Positions 35,547 to 49,141 of a stretch of 64,000 nt of DNA are shown here, piece after piece (the first letter of the stretch is position 1; each line of letters opens with the position of its first letter). Both the position numbers and the translations under genes were made by a program. The stretch is from Octopus sinensis (lineage: Eukaryota): the NCBI RefSeq assembly GCF_006345805.1, contig NC_043021.1, positions 15,872,001-15,936,000 of the forward strand. The letters are read 5' to 3'. The notes below the pieces were generated by a model, which worked only from the letters and a program-made list of their open reading frames with translations, made no database searches and was not told the origin of the DNA.

Positions 35547-37803
35547 TACGACGGGCTTCTTTCAGTTTCCGTCTACCAAATCCACTCACAAGGCTTTGAT
35601 TGGCCCGAGGCTATAGTAGAAGACACTTGCCCAAGGTGCCACGCAGTGGGACTGAACCCGGAACCATGTGGTTGGTAGACAAGCTACTTACCACACAGCC
35701 ACTCCTGCGCCTAATAGTTTATTATTTCACAGAAGGAGATACTTCATCGCTGGTCATCAGTAGCATGAACGCCTGGGTTAGGAAGGCAGCAGAGTTGGAT
35801 TAAATCACCATGGTTAAAACAAGTCTTCATCGCCCGCAGAGTTTGGTTCACCCCTTCGCTCGGAGCCTTGATGGCACACGTCTTAACTCATCGACCGCCA
35901 AGAGGCTTGGAATAGCAGGAAAGGTTAACTGCTCCTGATTACTGCACATGTGCATCAGGGCACTTCCGCCGGCCTACCGCAAGACACCAAACATTGCACA
36001 TGCACAGATGGACATCCCAAAATGGCATCTAAAACCTGGCGTCACTACAAGTTTCTCTCCTGAAAAAGTCTTAAAACCTGAAACATACATTACACCAAAG
36101 GACACTGGTGCTAAAAATGTTTGACACAACCCAACATTATTGTAGCATATAAGTAAGGTTGACCTTCTGGAACAACCAGAGACCTTCGTGTGTATTAGGT
36201 TGATTTTGCTTTTATCCCTTTCAGGGTTGATAAAACAAGGTCTCAGCTGTGCACTGGAGTCAGTGCAATCAACATACTGCCTCTCCTAAAATTTCTGGCC
36301 ATGTGCCAGAATACGAAACCGTTATTATTAAAGCAATGAGCTAGCAGAATCATTACATCATTGCACAAAATGTTTAGCTGTGTTTCTTCTGGTTATTTAT
36401 GTTCTGAATTCAAATTCTGCCAAGGTTGATATTTGTTCTTTTGGGGGTCAGTAAATAAGCACCTGTTGAGCACTGAGGTCAGTAACCCCAACCACAAAAT
36501 TTTGGGCCCTTTGTCTATAGTAGAAAGAATTATTATTATTAAGGCAGTGAGCTGGCGGAATCATTAGCACGCTGGGCGAAATGGTTAGCAGTATTTTGTC
36601 CATCTTTGCATTCTGAGTTCAAATTCCGCTGAGGTCGACTTTGCCTATCATCCTTTCAGATTCGATTAAATAAGTACCAGTTACACACGGGGGTCGATGT
36701 AATAAACTTAACCCCCTCCTCCAAACTACCCTTGTGGCAAAAATTTGAAATCATTATTATTAAAGTGGCCAGCTGGCAGAAATGTTGGTACCCCAGGCAA
36801 AATGCTTTGTAGTATTTCTTCCATCTTTATGTACTGAGTTCAGATGCCACCGAGGTCAACTTTGCCCTTCATCCTTTCGGGGTCGATAAAACAATTGAGT
36901 ACTGGGATTGATGTAATTGACTTATCCCCTCTTTCAGGCATTGTGCCTATAATAGGAAGGATGATGATGATTATTATTGTTTAAGGTAGTGAGCTAACAG
37001 AATCGTTAGCATGCTGGACAAAATGCTTAGCAGTATTTCACCCACCACCACATTCTGAGTTCAAATTCCACCGAGGTCAACTTTGCCTTTTATCCTTTCG
37101 GAATCAATAAATAAGTACCAGTGAAACACTGAGATCAATGTAATTGCTTAGTCCTCTCTCCTCAGAAAGGATTGAGACCCCCTTCGGTCATGAATGACCA
37201 TGGGATTGCACCTAGAAAGTTACTCTCCTAGGCACAAGTCCAGGCAAGGTTGTTTATGGAAGACTAGCGGTCACCTATGCATACCAGCCTGCCCTCTCCA
37301 CGCCACCGATGTTATCCAAGGGAAAGGCAAAGGCCGATACAGCTTGGCACCTATGACGTCGCAACTCATTTCTACAGCTGAATTAACTGGAGCAACGTGA
37401 AATAAAGTGTCTTGCTCAAGAACACAACACGCAGCCCGGTCCGGGATTTGAACTCACAACCTCACGATCGTAAGCTCAACGCTCTAACCTATTTCTTTAC
37501 TACCCACAAGGGGCTAAACACAGAGAGGACAAGCAAGGAGAGACAAACGGATCAAGTCGATTATATCGACCCCAGTGCGTAACTGGTACTTATTTAATCG
37601 ACCCCCAAAAGGATGAAAGGCAAAGTTGACCTCGGCGGAATTTGAACTCAGAACGTAATGGCAGTCGAAATACAGCTACGCATTTCGCCCAGCGTTCTAA
37701 CGATTCTGCCAGCTCGCCGCTCTAACCACTGAGCCATGCACCTTCACAGTAGAAAGGATTATTGTTGTTATTATTATTATTATTATTTCTATTCTTTCCA
37801 CAG

Positions 37804-38010
37804 CAACAAAGCCGAAACCAAAGCAGAATCAGAGTCAGAATGGGAAGCAACAGGCAAACAAAACAGCAAAGAAACCATTTACAACCAAGAAAAAGGCACA
37901 CGCCACGTACACTCACCCATGGTTGCTGACGACACTGAAAGGACACACGAGCACAATTTTAGACATGGATTTTAGTCAGAACGGAAAATATTTTATAACA
38001 GTCGCTGAAG
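37804..38010 (+). CDS. TBL2: TBL2 coding exon 2
   Basis: (A)TKPKPKQNQSQ...YTHPWLLTTLKGHTSTILDMDFSQNGKYFITVAE resembles TBL2 FTHRLLAAALKSHSGNISCMDFSSNGKYLATCAD. 207 nt, phase 1-1, gtaagt donor. Confidence 0.95.
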
Positions 38011-38024
38011 GTAAGTCAAGTTAA

Positions 38025-38246
38025 CCCTTTAGTTACCATATTCCTGTTGAGATGCTCTGTGTTTCTTTCAACTGATTTTAAATATAATAAAGAATTTAGT
38101 AAAATAACTCAGTTATCATTAAGCTAGTGTTAGGAACATAAATTGTGACTAAGGTTTGGTGGGAGATTTTAATTCAAAACTTACGAAAACAAGACATTTA
38201 TACTAGAGAGCCAGAGGCGGTTTCAGCCAGTTTGGTAACGAAAGGG
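38025..38246. mobile_element. piggyBac-type MITE; related copies at 5675-5896, 42573-43186 (SINE-interrupted) and 53770-54188 (SINE-interrupted)
   Basis: TTAA|CCCTTT ... AAAGGG|TTAA termini. Confidence 0.8.
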
Positions 38247-39018
38247 TTAAATTCTGTTATTTATTTATAATTTATTTATTAGGCAGAAATGTGGCTGTGT
38301 TAAGAAGTTTGCTCTCCAGCCTCATGAATTTAGGTTCAATCCCACTTTGTGGCACCATGGAATGATGCTGAGCTGAGACACAAAATGAGCCCTAAATACA
38401 ATAAGAACTGATAAAGGACATTTTGTTGAGAGAAATCATTGTCATTGTCATTTTAATGTCCACTTTTCCATATTTGGATGTATTGGACGGAACAACCTTG
38501 CCTAGACTTGTGCCTCAGAGGGGAACTTTCTAGGTGCAATCTTATGGTCATTCATGACCGAAGGGGGTCTTTACCCTTTTACCCTTATCAATTTTTAAAA
38601 AACTCATTCCATAACATTCATAACCTGGTTCAATAGTTTGATATCACTGTAGTTTCTTCTCCTGAGAACTTTGCCTTTATAACAGTTGGTCATGATCACG
38701 CTGATGATGCTATGCTAGTTTTCCTCTATGTGAGTAACCAGCCTGTGCTCTACTCCACCAGAAATCTCTATCAGTTCCGAGGCAGATTTTCTCTGGTCTG
38801 ATGCCCTTCTTGTCACCAACCCTCTCCTGTTTCAAAGCAAGCTAATACTTGTCAATGACCAGACATGTTTTCACAGAAGATTGGAAACAAAGAACACTGC
38901 TGGTATTATGGTGACATTCATTTACATCTATCTTGCAAATTCAAGGTCTCGGTCATTAGTCATTGCTTCTGTGAGGCTCAAAGTTCAAAGATCATGCTTC
39001 ACCACTATGTTCCATGTG

Positions 39019-39042
39019 ATATATATATATATATATATGATG

Positions 39043-39109
<67 letters not shown>

Positions 39110-39141
39110 TATATATATATATATATATATCACACACACAC

Positions 39142-39172
<31 letters not shown>

Positions 39173-39241
39173 TATATATATATATATATACATATATATT
39201 ACATATATATATATTATATATATATATATACATATATATAA

Positions 39242-39278
<37 letters not shown>

Positions 39279-39286
39279 TATATATA

Positions 39287-39317
<31 letters not shown>

Positions 39318-39854
39318 ACATATATATATATATATAATATTATATATACATATATATATACATATATATATACTATATATATATTATATATATACATATA
39401 TTACATATATATATACATACTATATATATACATATATATATACATATATATATACACATATTTATTATACATATATATACACATATATATATACATATAT
39501 ATATACATATATATACATATATATATACATATATATATACAATCATATATATATACAATATAATACATATATATTATTACATATATATATATATATTATA
39601 CAATATAACATAATATAATAACATATATATATACAATATATATACATATATATCACATAATATATACATATATATACACATATATATATACATCTATATA
39701 TACATATATATATACATATATATACATATATATATACACTATATATATACATATATATTACATATCTATATACATATATATATAATATATATATATACAT
39801 ATATATATATATACATATATATACATATATATATACATATATATATATACATAT

Positions 39855-39885
<31 letters not shown>

Positions 39886-39918
39886 TAAAATATATATATA
39901 TATGTATGTATATATATC

Positions 39919-39956
<38 letters not shown>

Positions 39957-39974
39957 ATAATATAGATATATATA
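39019..39974. repeat. About 950-bp (TA)n/(CA)n microsatellite
   Basis: Directly visible in the sequence. Confidence 0.98.
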
Positions 39975-39979
39975 AGTGA

Positions 39980-40302
39980 AGGTGCATGGCTCAGTGGTTA
40001 AAGCATCGAGCTTATGATCGTGAGGTTGTGTGTTGAATCCCAGACCGGGTTGGATGTTGTGTCCTTGAGCAAGACACTTTATTTCACGTTGCTTCCAGTT
40101 CACTCAGCTGTAGAAATGAGTTGCAACATCACTGGTGCCAAGCTGTATCGGCCCCTTTGCCTTTCCCTTGGACAACACTGGTGGCATAGAGAGCGGGGAG
40201 CCAGTATACATGGGTGACTGCTGGTCTTCCATAAACAACCTTGCCTGGGAGGGTAATTTTCTAGGTGCAATCCCATGGTCAGTCATGACCGAAAGGGGTC
40301 TC
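39980..40302 (+). mobile_element. tRNA-headed SINE family D; others at about 9725-10025(-), 37175-37742(-, interrupted), 45970-46105
   Basis: gcatggctcagtggtta head, gtgtccttgagcaagacactttatttcac core. Confidence 0.75.
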
Positions 40303-41783
40303 AGCATATATATATATATAAGTTAAAAAACATATAATAAAGGCAGAAATGGGAAACAGACACAGAAGGTCACCAAATCCTCATCAGTTATCAGCCAGAG
40401 GGCCAAACGCAATTTTGCTCCTTCAACAATAATGTTTATCTTCTTCGGGTGGAGCCAACAGCACGAAGCCGCTGGGAAATGGCGAGCCATCAAACAAGGG
40501 ACCAAACATGACAGAAAATGAACTAACAAACAAATAACCAAATATGCAATACAGAAAGTGAACATACAAATATGAAATAAATGTAATTGAAGATGAGACA
40601 ATGGACAGGCAAGGGACAAAGACTAAATGTGGACATAATCTTCACTCTCTTTTACTTGTTTCAGTCATTTGACTGCAGCCATGCTGGAGCACCGCCTTTA
40701 GTCGAACAAATCGACCCCCAGGACTTATTCTTTGTAAGCCCAGTACTTATTCTATCGGTCACTTTTGCCGAACCACTAAGTTACGGGGACGTAAACACAC
40801 CAGCATCGGTTGTCAAGCGATGTTGGGGGCACAAACACATATATATATACATATAAACGACAGGCTTCTTTCAGTTTCCGTCTACCAAATCCACTCACAA
40901 GGCTTTGGTCGGCGTGACGCTATAGTTAAAACATTTGCTCAAGGTGCCACACAGTGGGACTGAACCCGGAACCATGTGGTTGGTAAGCAAGCTACTTACC
41001 ACACAGCCACTCTTGTGCCTGTATGAACAAACTGAAGTAAAATGTAATCTTTTGGCCGATGCCAGCACCGCCTCGACTGGCTTCCGTGTCGGTGGCACGT
41101 AAAAAGCACCATCCGAATCGTAGCCGAAGCCCGTGCTGCTTCGACTGGCTTCCATAACATGCACCATCCGAATTGTGGCCGATGCCAGCGCCGCCTCGAC
41201 TGGCTTCCATGTCGGTGGCACGTAGAAAGCACCATCCGAATCGTAGCCGAAGCCAGTGCCGCCTTGACTGGCTTCCATAAAATGCAGCAATCCGACCGTG
41301 GCCGATGCCAGCCTCGCCTAGCACCAGTGCAGGTGGCACGTAAAAGGCACCCACTACACTCACGGAGTGGTTGGCGTTAGGAAGGGCATCCACCTGTAGA
41401 AACTTTGCCAGATAAGACCGGAGCCTGGTGCAGCCTTCTGGCTTCCCAGATCCCTGGTCGAACCGTCCAACCCATGCTAGCATGGAGGACGGACGTTAAA
41501 CGATGATGATGATGATGATGATGTTGCCAGTGACTTTGAAGTTTTGCCACTAGATTGCCTTGTCACACGAGTGAAAGCCAACTGCAAGCAAAACTGAAGT
41601 TACTGTCAACAAAGTGTCTGTTTGCTAGGTTAACTTGAGGGGAATGTTTGATTACTACACTGAGTCAAGGGAGATCTTTGTGTTGCTAGATTGATTTGAC
41701 TAAAGAATAATGATGATGTCCCTCTCTTTTACTTAGTTCTTGTATTGTGATGATAATTACTGACCCTCTATCTCTTCTTGCAG

Positions 41784-41898
41784 ATCGTTCTGCATTGATA
41801 TGGAGTATCAAAAATTTTTCTCACAAAGAACATCGATATATCAGAGCTGCCATTGATGTAGACCATGCAACACGGGTTCGATTCAGCCCTGATACAAA
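41784..41898 (+). CDS. TBL2: TBL2 coding exon 3
   Basis: (D)RSALIWSIKNFSHKEHRYIRAAIDVDHATRVRFSPDTK resembles TBL2 DRTIRIWSTKDF...DHATLVRFSPD. 115 nt, phase 1-2. Confidence 0.96.
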
Positions 41899-42039
41899 GT
41901 AAGGAAAAAATAAACTTTATTTATTTTTTTTATTTTTCATTTAAAAAATTTTTTTTTGCTTTGGTTATTTTATGAATTTCTTACCTTTTATGTTGTATTG
42001 TGGGTTTTTTTTAACCCCAAGTTAGCTCTGATCTGTGAT

Positions 42040-42265
42040 TAACACTTTAGCATTTAATCTGGCCATATCCAGCCTGAATATTCTACCTGTTTTATCTCCT
42101 GACTGGCCAGATCTGGCCTCTCACACTTACTCTACAATGTCATTCTAAAACTTAAACAATTACATCATTGAAATCTCAAAGCTACATGGTAATACATGAG
42201 TCATCCATATCAATGTGAATAAATAAGTTTACACTTGACAGAGAAATCTGAATGCTAAAGGGTTG
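42040..42265. mobile_element. Second piggyBac-type MITE family; related copies at about 45285-45648 and 62011-62238
   Basis: ttaac(a/c)ctttagcat ... atgctaaagggtt termini with shared interior. Confidence 0.6.
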
Positions 42266-43499
42266 ATTTCACCGATCACCTTACATCAACTTCCTCATGG
42301 AACTAAGCCAGACTGCATCTTGGCTCTTTACCCTTTTACCCTAATCAATTTTTTTTAAAAACTCATTCTATAACATTCATAACCTGGTCCAATAGTTTGA
42401 TATCACTGTAGTTTCTTCTCCTGAGAACTTTGCCTTTATAACAGTTGATCATGATCATGCTGATGATGCTATGCTAGTTTCCTCTATGTGAGTAACCAGC
42501 CTGTGCTCTACTCCACCAGAAACCTCTATCAGCTCAGCTGTAATTCCTGATGTTTCATGTGCCTTTCCTATCTTCATATCCTTGACCTTTTTGTTACTGT
42601 ATTTCTTTTGAGATGCTCTGTGTTTCTTTCAATTACTTTAAATATAGTGCTGGTGGCACATAAAAAGCACCATCCGATCGTGGCCGTTGCCAGCCTCGCC
42701 TGGCCCCCATGCCGGTGGCACGTAAAAAGCACCATCCGATCATGGCCGTTGCCAGCCATTGCCTGGCCCCCAGGCCGGTGGCACGTAAAAGGCACCATCC
42801 AATCATGGCCATTGCCAGCCCCGTCTGGCACCTGTGCCGGTGGCACATAAAAAGTACCCACTACACTCACGGAGTGGTTGGCATTAGGAAGGGCATCCAG
42901 CCGTAGAAACATTGCCAGATCAGACTGGGCCTGGTGCAGCCTTCTGGGTTCCCAGACCCCAGTTGAACCGTCCAACCCATGCTAGCATGGAAAGCGGACG
43001 CTAACGATGATGGTGATGATGATGAAAGAATTTAGTAAAATAACTTAGTTATCATTAAGCTGGTGTTAGGAATATAAATTGTGACTAAGGTTTGGTGAAT
43101 GATTTTTAATTCAAAACTTATGAAAACAAAATATTTGTACTACAGAGCCAGAGCCGGTTTCAGCCGGGTTAGTAATGAAAGGGTTAATTACACTATCCAC
43201 CACATTGACGTCAATTTGATTGGCTGGTCCTTGTGTAGAGTCTACCTGGGATAAGCTCTCGTTCTCTTGTGCATTCTCCTCTTATAATATCGCTTCCAGG
43301 TTTCCTTCTATACAGCACTACTATCATTATGAATGCTCTTCACTCTGACAGCACCTCAGTATCATCAATCATCCATCATCAATCATTAAACATCTGTCTT
43401 CGATGCTGGCTTTAGTGAAACAGTTTAACAGGATCCAAAAAGCCAGAGGACTGCATTGCGCTCCAATGTCTGCTTTGTCTGATGCTCAACCGATTCATA

Positions 43500-44010
43500 T
43501 CATCATCATCATCATCGTTTAACGTCCGCTTTCCATGCTAGCATGGGTTGGACGGTTCAACTGGGGTCTGGCAAGCCCGAAGGCTGCACGAGGCCAGTCG
43601 GATCTGGCAGTGTTTCTACAGCTGGATGCCCTTCCTAACGCCAACCACTCCGAGAGTGTAGTGGGTGATTTTATGTGCCACCAACACAGGTGCCAGACGA
43701 GGCTGGCAGACGGTCACGCTCGGATGGTGTTTTTTATGTGCCACCTACACAGGTGCCAGACAAGGCTGGCAGACGGCCACGCTCGGATGGTGTTTTCTTA
43801 TGTGCCACCGACACAGGTGCCAGACGAAGCTGGCAGACGGTCACGCTCGGATGGTGTTTTTTTATGTGCCACCTACACAGGTGCCAGACGAGGCTGGCAG
43901 ACGGCCACGCTCGGATGGTGTTTTCGGTGTTTTCTTATGTGCCACCGACACAGGTGCCAGACGAGGCTGGCGAACGGCTACGATCGGATGGTGTTTGTTA
44001 CGTGCCCACA
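43500..44010 (-). mobile_element. (GAT)n-tailed interspersed repeat with internal 56-58-bp tandem units; others at about 8286-8560(-), 12517-12765(-), 19300-19697, 27440-27728, 41050-41522, 42650-43024, 48465-48652, 57089-57332
   Basis: Constant 3' part gagtggttggcgttaggaagggcatccagc...catgctagcatggaaagcggacg(gat)n, preceded by a variable number of ggcacgtaaaaagcaccatccg units. Confidence 0.8.
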
Positions 44011-44067
44011 TGTGTACGTGAAATGAAATGATTTCTTTTTTGTTTTTTCTTTGCTGTTTCTGTGCAG

Positions 44068-44176
44068 AGCGTTTTTAGTGAGTTTGGCAAGAAAAAACAT
44101 TTTGCGGGTTTACCGAATTGGAAAGAAAAACGATGGAAGTATAGGAAACTTTGTGGCTGCATTTGATTTCCCTCAG
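44068..44176 (+). CDS. TBL2: TBL2 coding exon 4
   Basis: AFLVSLARKNILRVYRIGKKNDGSIGNFVAAFDFPQ. cag acceptor, gtaaga donor, 109 nt, phase 2-0. Confidence 0.93.
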
Positions 44177-46155
44177 GTAAGATTACACTTCCATATTATT
44201 CGCTCCATTCTCTCTCTTTCTCTTTTCTCTTTTACTTGTTTCAGTCATTTGACTGCGGCCATGCTGGAGCACCGCCTTTAGTCAAGCAACTCGACCCCGG
44301 GACTTATTCTTTGTAAGCCCAGTACTTATTCTATCGGTCTCTTTTGCCGAACCGCTAAGTGACAGGGACATAAACACACCAGCATCGGCTGTCAAGCGAT
44401 GTTGGGGGGACAAACACAGACTTACAAACTCACACACACATATATATATACATATATACGACGGGCTTCTTTCAGTTTCCGTCTACCAAATCCACTCACA
44501 AGGCTTTGGTTGGCCCGAGGCTATAGTAGAAGACACTTGCCCAAGGTGCCACGCAGTGGGACTGAACCCGGAACCATGTGTGGTAAACAAGCTACTTACC
44601 ACACAGCCACTCCTGCGCCTGTTTTCTTTCTTTCTTTCACACATTCCTGTCTTCCACTTTTCTTGCTGTTCTTCTTTCTCTTTTTATTTGTTTTTTCTTT
44701 TCTTTCTTATTTCCTCTCTGTCTTTCTCTCCTTTCAGCCTTCTTTCGTTTTCTTTACCCTTTCTTTCCTTCTTTCTTATTCTTTCCCCCCCCCCTTCCTC
44801 TCTTCTTCTCCCATTCAAACATATTCTCTTTCATTATCTTGTCCCCTTTCATTCTATTCCTTCCTATCTTCTTTCTTCTGAAGCATATCTTCGTATCACC
44901 CTCCTCATACGAGCCTAACCCTAACCCCATGCCCAACCCCAACTGACACAACAGCAAACAAACAAACACAACAAAATACAACACCCTCTTTTAAGACCTT
45001 CATTTAACACACTGTTCTACTGTTTCTCTCAATTCATTCTCATTACCCCATGCTTGAAACATTCAAGCATAACAACGCGACACACTTCAGTGACTCAAGC
45101 GAACTCAGTAATACCATTCACACAGTAAATGCTTGTCTGCTCTGTTTGCCATATTCATTGACAGTTTGCTGTTTGTCTGATCAACAAGCCATTAGTCAAT
45201 ACCCGTGGTTCTCAGCCATCCTTTTCTCTAAGGACCCTTTGATTACTGTTTTATTCTGGTGGACCCTCATAGTCATTCAATGGTTAACCCTTTAGCGTTC
45301 AAATTACTCTGACAAATGTATAGCCTATTTATTCATGTTGTTTTGAATTAATCCTGTATTATGTCATAGATTTGAGATTTTGGGCACGTTAAAAACCACC
45401 CAGCACACTCTGCTGAGTGGTTGGCATTAGGAAGGGCATCCAACCGTAGGAACTATACCTCAAGAGACAGCTGAGGTCTAGCTAGCTCCGTGTCAAACCA
45501 TCCAACCCATGCCAGCATGGAAAGCGAACGTTAAACAACAACAATGATGATGATTGTCTATATTTAGAATGACATTGTAGGGTAAGTGTGAGAGACTAGA
45601 TCTGGCCAAATAAGAGGCATATTTGGGCTGGATATGGGCAAAGGGTTAAAAACTAGTTTTCTAGAAACTTCTTTCAAAATTCCTATTTTGCTTTTCACAC
45701 ATATCACTTCTGTAGGTTGAACTATGTAAAACATCTGAGAAAGAAATTCAGCTGTGTCTTGCAATAAATGCATCTAATGCAAAATGTTTTCATTGACCCT
45801 TAAAATACTATTTTGGATCCCCAATTTACTATTTTGCTTGTGTGGATCCCAAAAATCTTATATGGACCCTCATGGGGCATAAGGATCCCAGCTGAGAACC
45901 ACTGGTCTATACTGTATCACTTCTCTATCTTGGTATGTTTATCCATATAAGTACATTTTAGTGTTACAGGCGAAGGCGCATGGCTCAGTAGTTACAGTGT
46001 TGGGCTCACAATCATGAGGTAGTGAGTTCAATTCCCGGACCAGGCGGTGTGTTGTGTTCTTGAGCAAAACACTTTATTTCACACTGCTCCAGTTCACTCA
46101 GCAATTGAAGTCTCAAAACTTTTCATACACTCCTCGTAGATAGATAGATAGATAA

Positions 46156-46192
<37 letters not shown>

Positions 46193-46273
46193 TAGAGAGA
46201 GAGAGAGAGATAATTAAATACATAAATAAAAGATGTGTTTTCATTTAAATATATTTCTCTTTTCTTGTTTTAG

Positions 46274-46373
46274 TACAACCAAGCTGATATACGAAATATT
46301 GGTGTTGCTTCCAATGGCCGTTTTATCATGGTCGGTTATGCCAATACCACAATCCTTGTCGTCAGTATAAAAG
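46274..46373 (+). CDS. TBL2: TBL2 coding exon 5
   Basis: YNQADIRNIGVASNGRFIMVGYANTTILVVSIK(G) resembles TBL2 IGIANTGKFIMTAS. 100 nt, phase 0-1. Confidence 0.93.
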
Positions 46374-46989
46374 GTAAGCCACACTAAGAATTCGTTGTCA
46401 TTCGGAAATTCTTGAAAATCGAAAATATTTTTCATTATTTTGAAATTCTTTGTTAATTTGGATTTTTTTTAGTATTTGGAAATCTTTGTCATTCTAAAAT
46501 TATTATTCTGAATTTACCAATCCATTTCCTATTGTCCAGTCCTCTGTACCACTTCTTTTATGTTCATCTCTTTGTCACTTAAAGGTACGCTCTCCCCATC
46601 TTCACTGCTATCATCTCTCTCCTTCTCTCCTCTTCTCTCTCATTTCCAACTGGGGTACTCCTGTATCTCCTCCACTATACTTTAACCTTTCATCACCTGA
46701 CACAAACCCACCTCCCTTGATACTATTCCCCCTTCATTTGAAGGTGAGGTCTTATTGTGCAATTTATTTAGCAACCTCACTACTCCTTGTGCTGTGTAAA
46801 AAGCACCCAGTACACTCTGTAAAAGGGTTGGCATTAGAAAGGGCATCCAGCCATAAATACCATGCCAAAGCAGATATTGGAGCTTGCCACAGTCCTTTGA
46901 CTAACCAACTCCTGTCAAATCCTCTAACTCATGCCAGCATAAAAAACCGATGTTAAATGATGATGAGGAGGAAGAATTACAGAATAATA

Positions 46990-47365
46990 AGGATTTTCAA
47001 ATAAAATCCTTATTGTTCTGCTATTCTTGTTATTCTAAAATTCTTTGTTATTCTGAAATTATCATCATTCTAAAATTCTAAAAGAGTTTTAGAATTCTTG
47101 TTCAAACATCCATTATTATTCTAAAATTCTTTGCTATTCTGAAATTATCATCATTCTAAAATTCTAAAAGAGTTTTAGAATTCCTATTCCAACATCCATT
47201 ATTATTCTAAAATTCTTTGCTATTCTGAAATTCTTGTTTTAAAATTCATTGTTATTCTAAAATTCTTTGCTGTTCTAAAATTCTTGTTCTAAACGTCTTT
47301 GACATTATGAAATTCTTGTCATTCAGAAACTCTTGCTCTGAAATTCTTTGTTATTCAAAACTATT
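46990..47365. repeat. ATTCTAAA-based minisatellite with 86-bp higher-order unit
   Basis: aaagagttttagaattc at 47081 and 47167. Confidence 0.85.
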
Positions 47366-47402
47366 ATAATAAATGCCATTGTCTTTTGTTTCTGTCTTTC
47401 AG

Positions 47403-47489
47403 GAGACATCCTTGCAACAATTGACACCCACCAAGTGACCAATAGCTTAGCTTTGGTCTCTCATTGTGGACGTTTCATCGGATCATCTG
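47403..47489 (+). CDS. TBL2: TBL2 coding exon 6
   Basis: (G)DILATIDTHQVTNSLALVSHCGRFIGSS resembles TBL2 VLSTINTNQMNNTHAAVSPCGRFVAS. 87 nt, phase 1-1. Confidence 0.93.
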
Positions 47490-47789
47490 GTTAGTTTTCA
47501 TTTGATTTTATTTCATTTTTTTTCTCATGACTTTCCTTTTCTTTCTTTGTGTTTTTGTGATAAAAAAATGATGTCGTTATAAGTTTCCAGCAGGAACAAT
47601 CACTGGTGCATTGCATTTTTATAAAACCCGCTCTGTGTGTGTGTGTGTGCATATGTTATCAGGTTTTATATATGCATGGTGTGCATGTATGTATGTATGT
47701 ATATATACACACACACATACACATATGTATATGTGTGTGTGTATATATGTGTGTGTGTGTGTGTATGTATGTGTGCATGTGTATATGTA

Positions 47790-47826
<37 letters not shown>

Positions 47827-48654
47827 TACAAAATTAGAAAATGGAGAAACATACTTAAATCAATAAAACATCAACTATCAGATGATACCCAATCAATACT
47901 TTATTACACCATTACATATCAGTAAAGGCATTATACAAAATATACAGTAAATGTAAATAGACAAGGAAATATAAGTAGCAGTATATCTAGCAGTATATTG
48001 GATATATGTTATCCCATGGTGGGTTGAATTTTCAACCCCTATCTCATTTTATAACCTATATATATATATATACACACACACACACCAAAGCCTTGTGTGG
48101 ATGTGTTAGATGGAAACTAAATGAAGCTCATCATACATATATATTTATGTATGTATGTGAGTAAGTGTATGTTGGTGTTTCCTTGCCTTGGTAAGTCTGG
48201 CCACAGGAAGATATTTCCTTGCTTGGATACAGGTGAGGGATGGCAGCAGGTAAAACCTCCCACCATAAGGAAATCTGGCTCACCTTATTCTGTCTGACCT
48301 GTGCAAGCAGGTAAAAGTGGGCATTAAAAGGATGATGGTTCCAGGTTCAGTCCCACTGCATGAGACCTTGGGCAAGTGTCTTCTACTATAGCCTCAGGCC
48401 AACCAAAGACTTTTGAGTGGATTTAGTAATTTAGTATACAGAAACTGAAAGAAGCCCATCATTTCGTCTGGCACCTGTACCGGTGGCACGTAAAAAGCAC
48501 CCCACTACACTCAGAGTGGTTGGCGTTAGGAAGGGCATCCAGCTGTAGAAATACTGCCAGATCACTTGCAGCCTTCTGGCTTCCCAGACCCCAGTTGAAC
48601 CGTCCAACCCATGCTAGCATGGAAAGCGGACGCTAAATGATGATGATGATGATC

Positions 48655-48701
<47 letters not shown>

Positions 48702-49141
48702 GATGATGATGATGTTTGTGTGTCTGTCTCCAACCACCACTTGACAATCAGTGTTGGTTTGTTTACATCTCTGTAACTTAGCAGTTTGGCAAAAGAGACC
48801 AGCGGAATAAGTACTAAGCTTTACAAACACATAAGTGCTGGAGCCTATTCATTCGACTAGAATCCTTCAAGGTAGTACTCCAGCATGGCCATAATATAAT
48901 GACTGAAACAAGTAAAACATAAAAGTAAAAGGTCTAGGCGCAGGAGGAGTGGCTGTGTGATAAGAAGCTTGCTTCCCAACCACATGGTTCTGGGTTCAGT
49001 TCTACAGCATGGCACCTTGGGCAAGTATCTTCTACTGTAGCCTCAAGCCAACCAAGGCCTTCTGAGTGGATTTGGGAGACAGAAACTGAAAGAAGCCTAT
49101 GTCTGTGTGTTTGTTCCCCACTGGCATGGGTTAGACAGTTT

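Noticed and set aside
35720-36060. GC-rich unique segment with a GCC-UUCC..-GGC loop and a CUGAUGA...GAAA on minus
   Set aside because: HDV-like P1/P1.1 and hammerhead stems I/III could not be completed and there is no convincing ORF; probably a LINE 5' remnant.
38865-39987. Long ORFs rich in Y/I/T/H (up to 232 aa) here and at 29811-30364
   Set aside because: They are translations of (TA)n/(CA)n microsatellites that lack stop codons, not genes.
40375-40435. CUGAUGA with possible stem I (minus), perhaps a second permuted hammerhead
   Set aside because: GAAA and the UH triplet are absent; too decayed to call.
43535-44031. Repetitive ORFs MLAWVGRF.../YVPPAQVPD..., also at 8252, 19105, 40992 and 42574
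   Set aside because: They are frames through a non-coding interspersed repeat with tandem units; no frame is conserved between copies.
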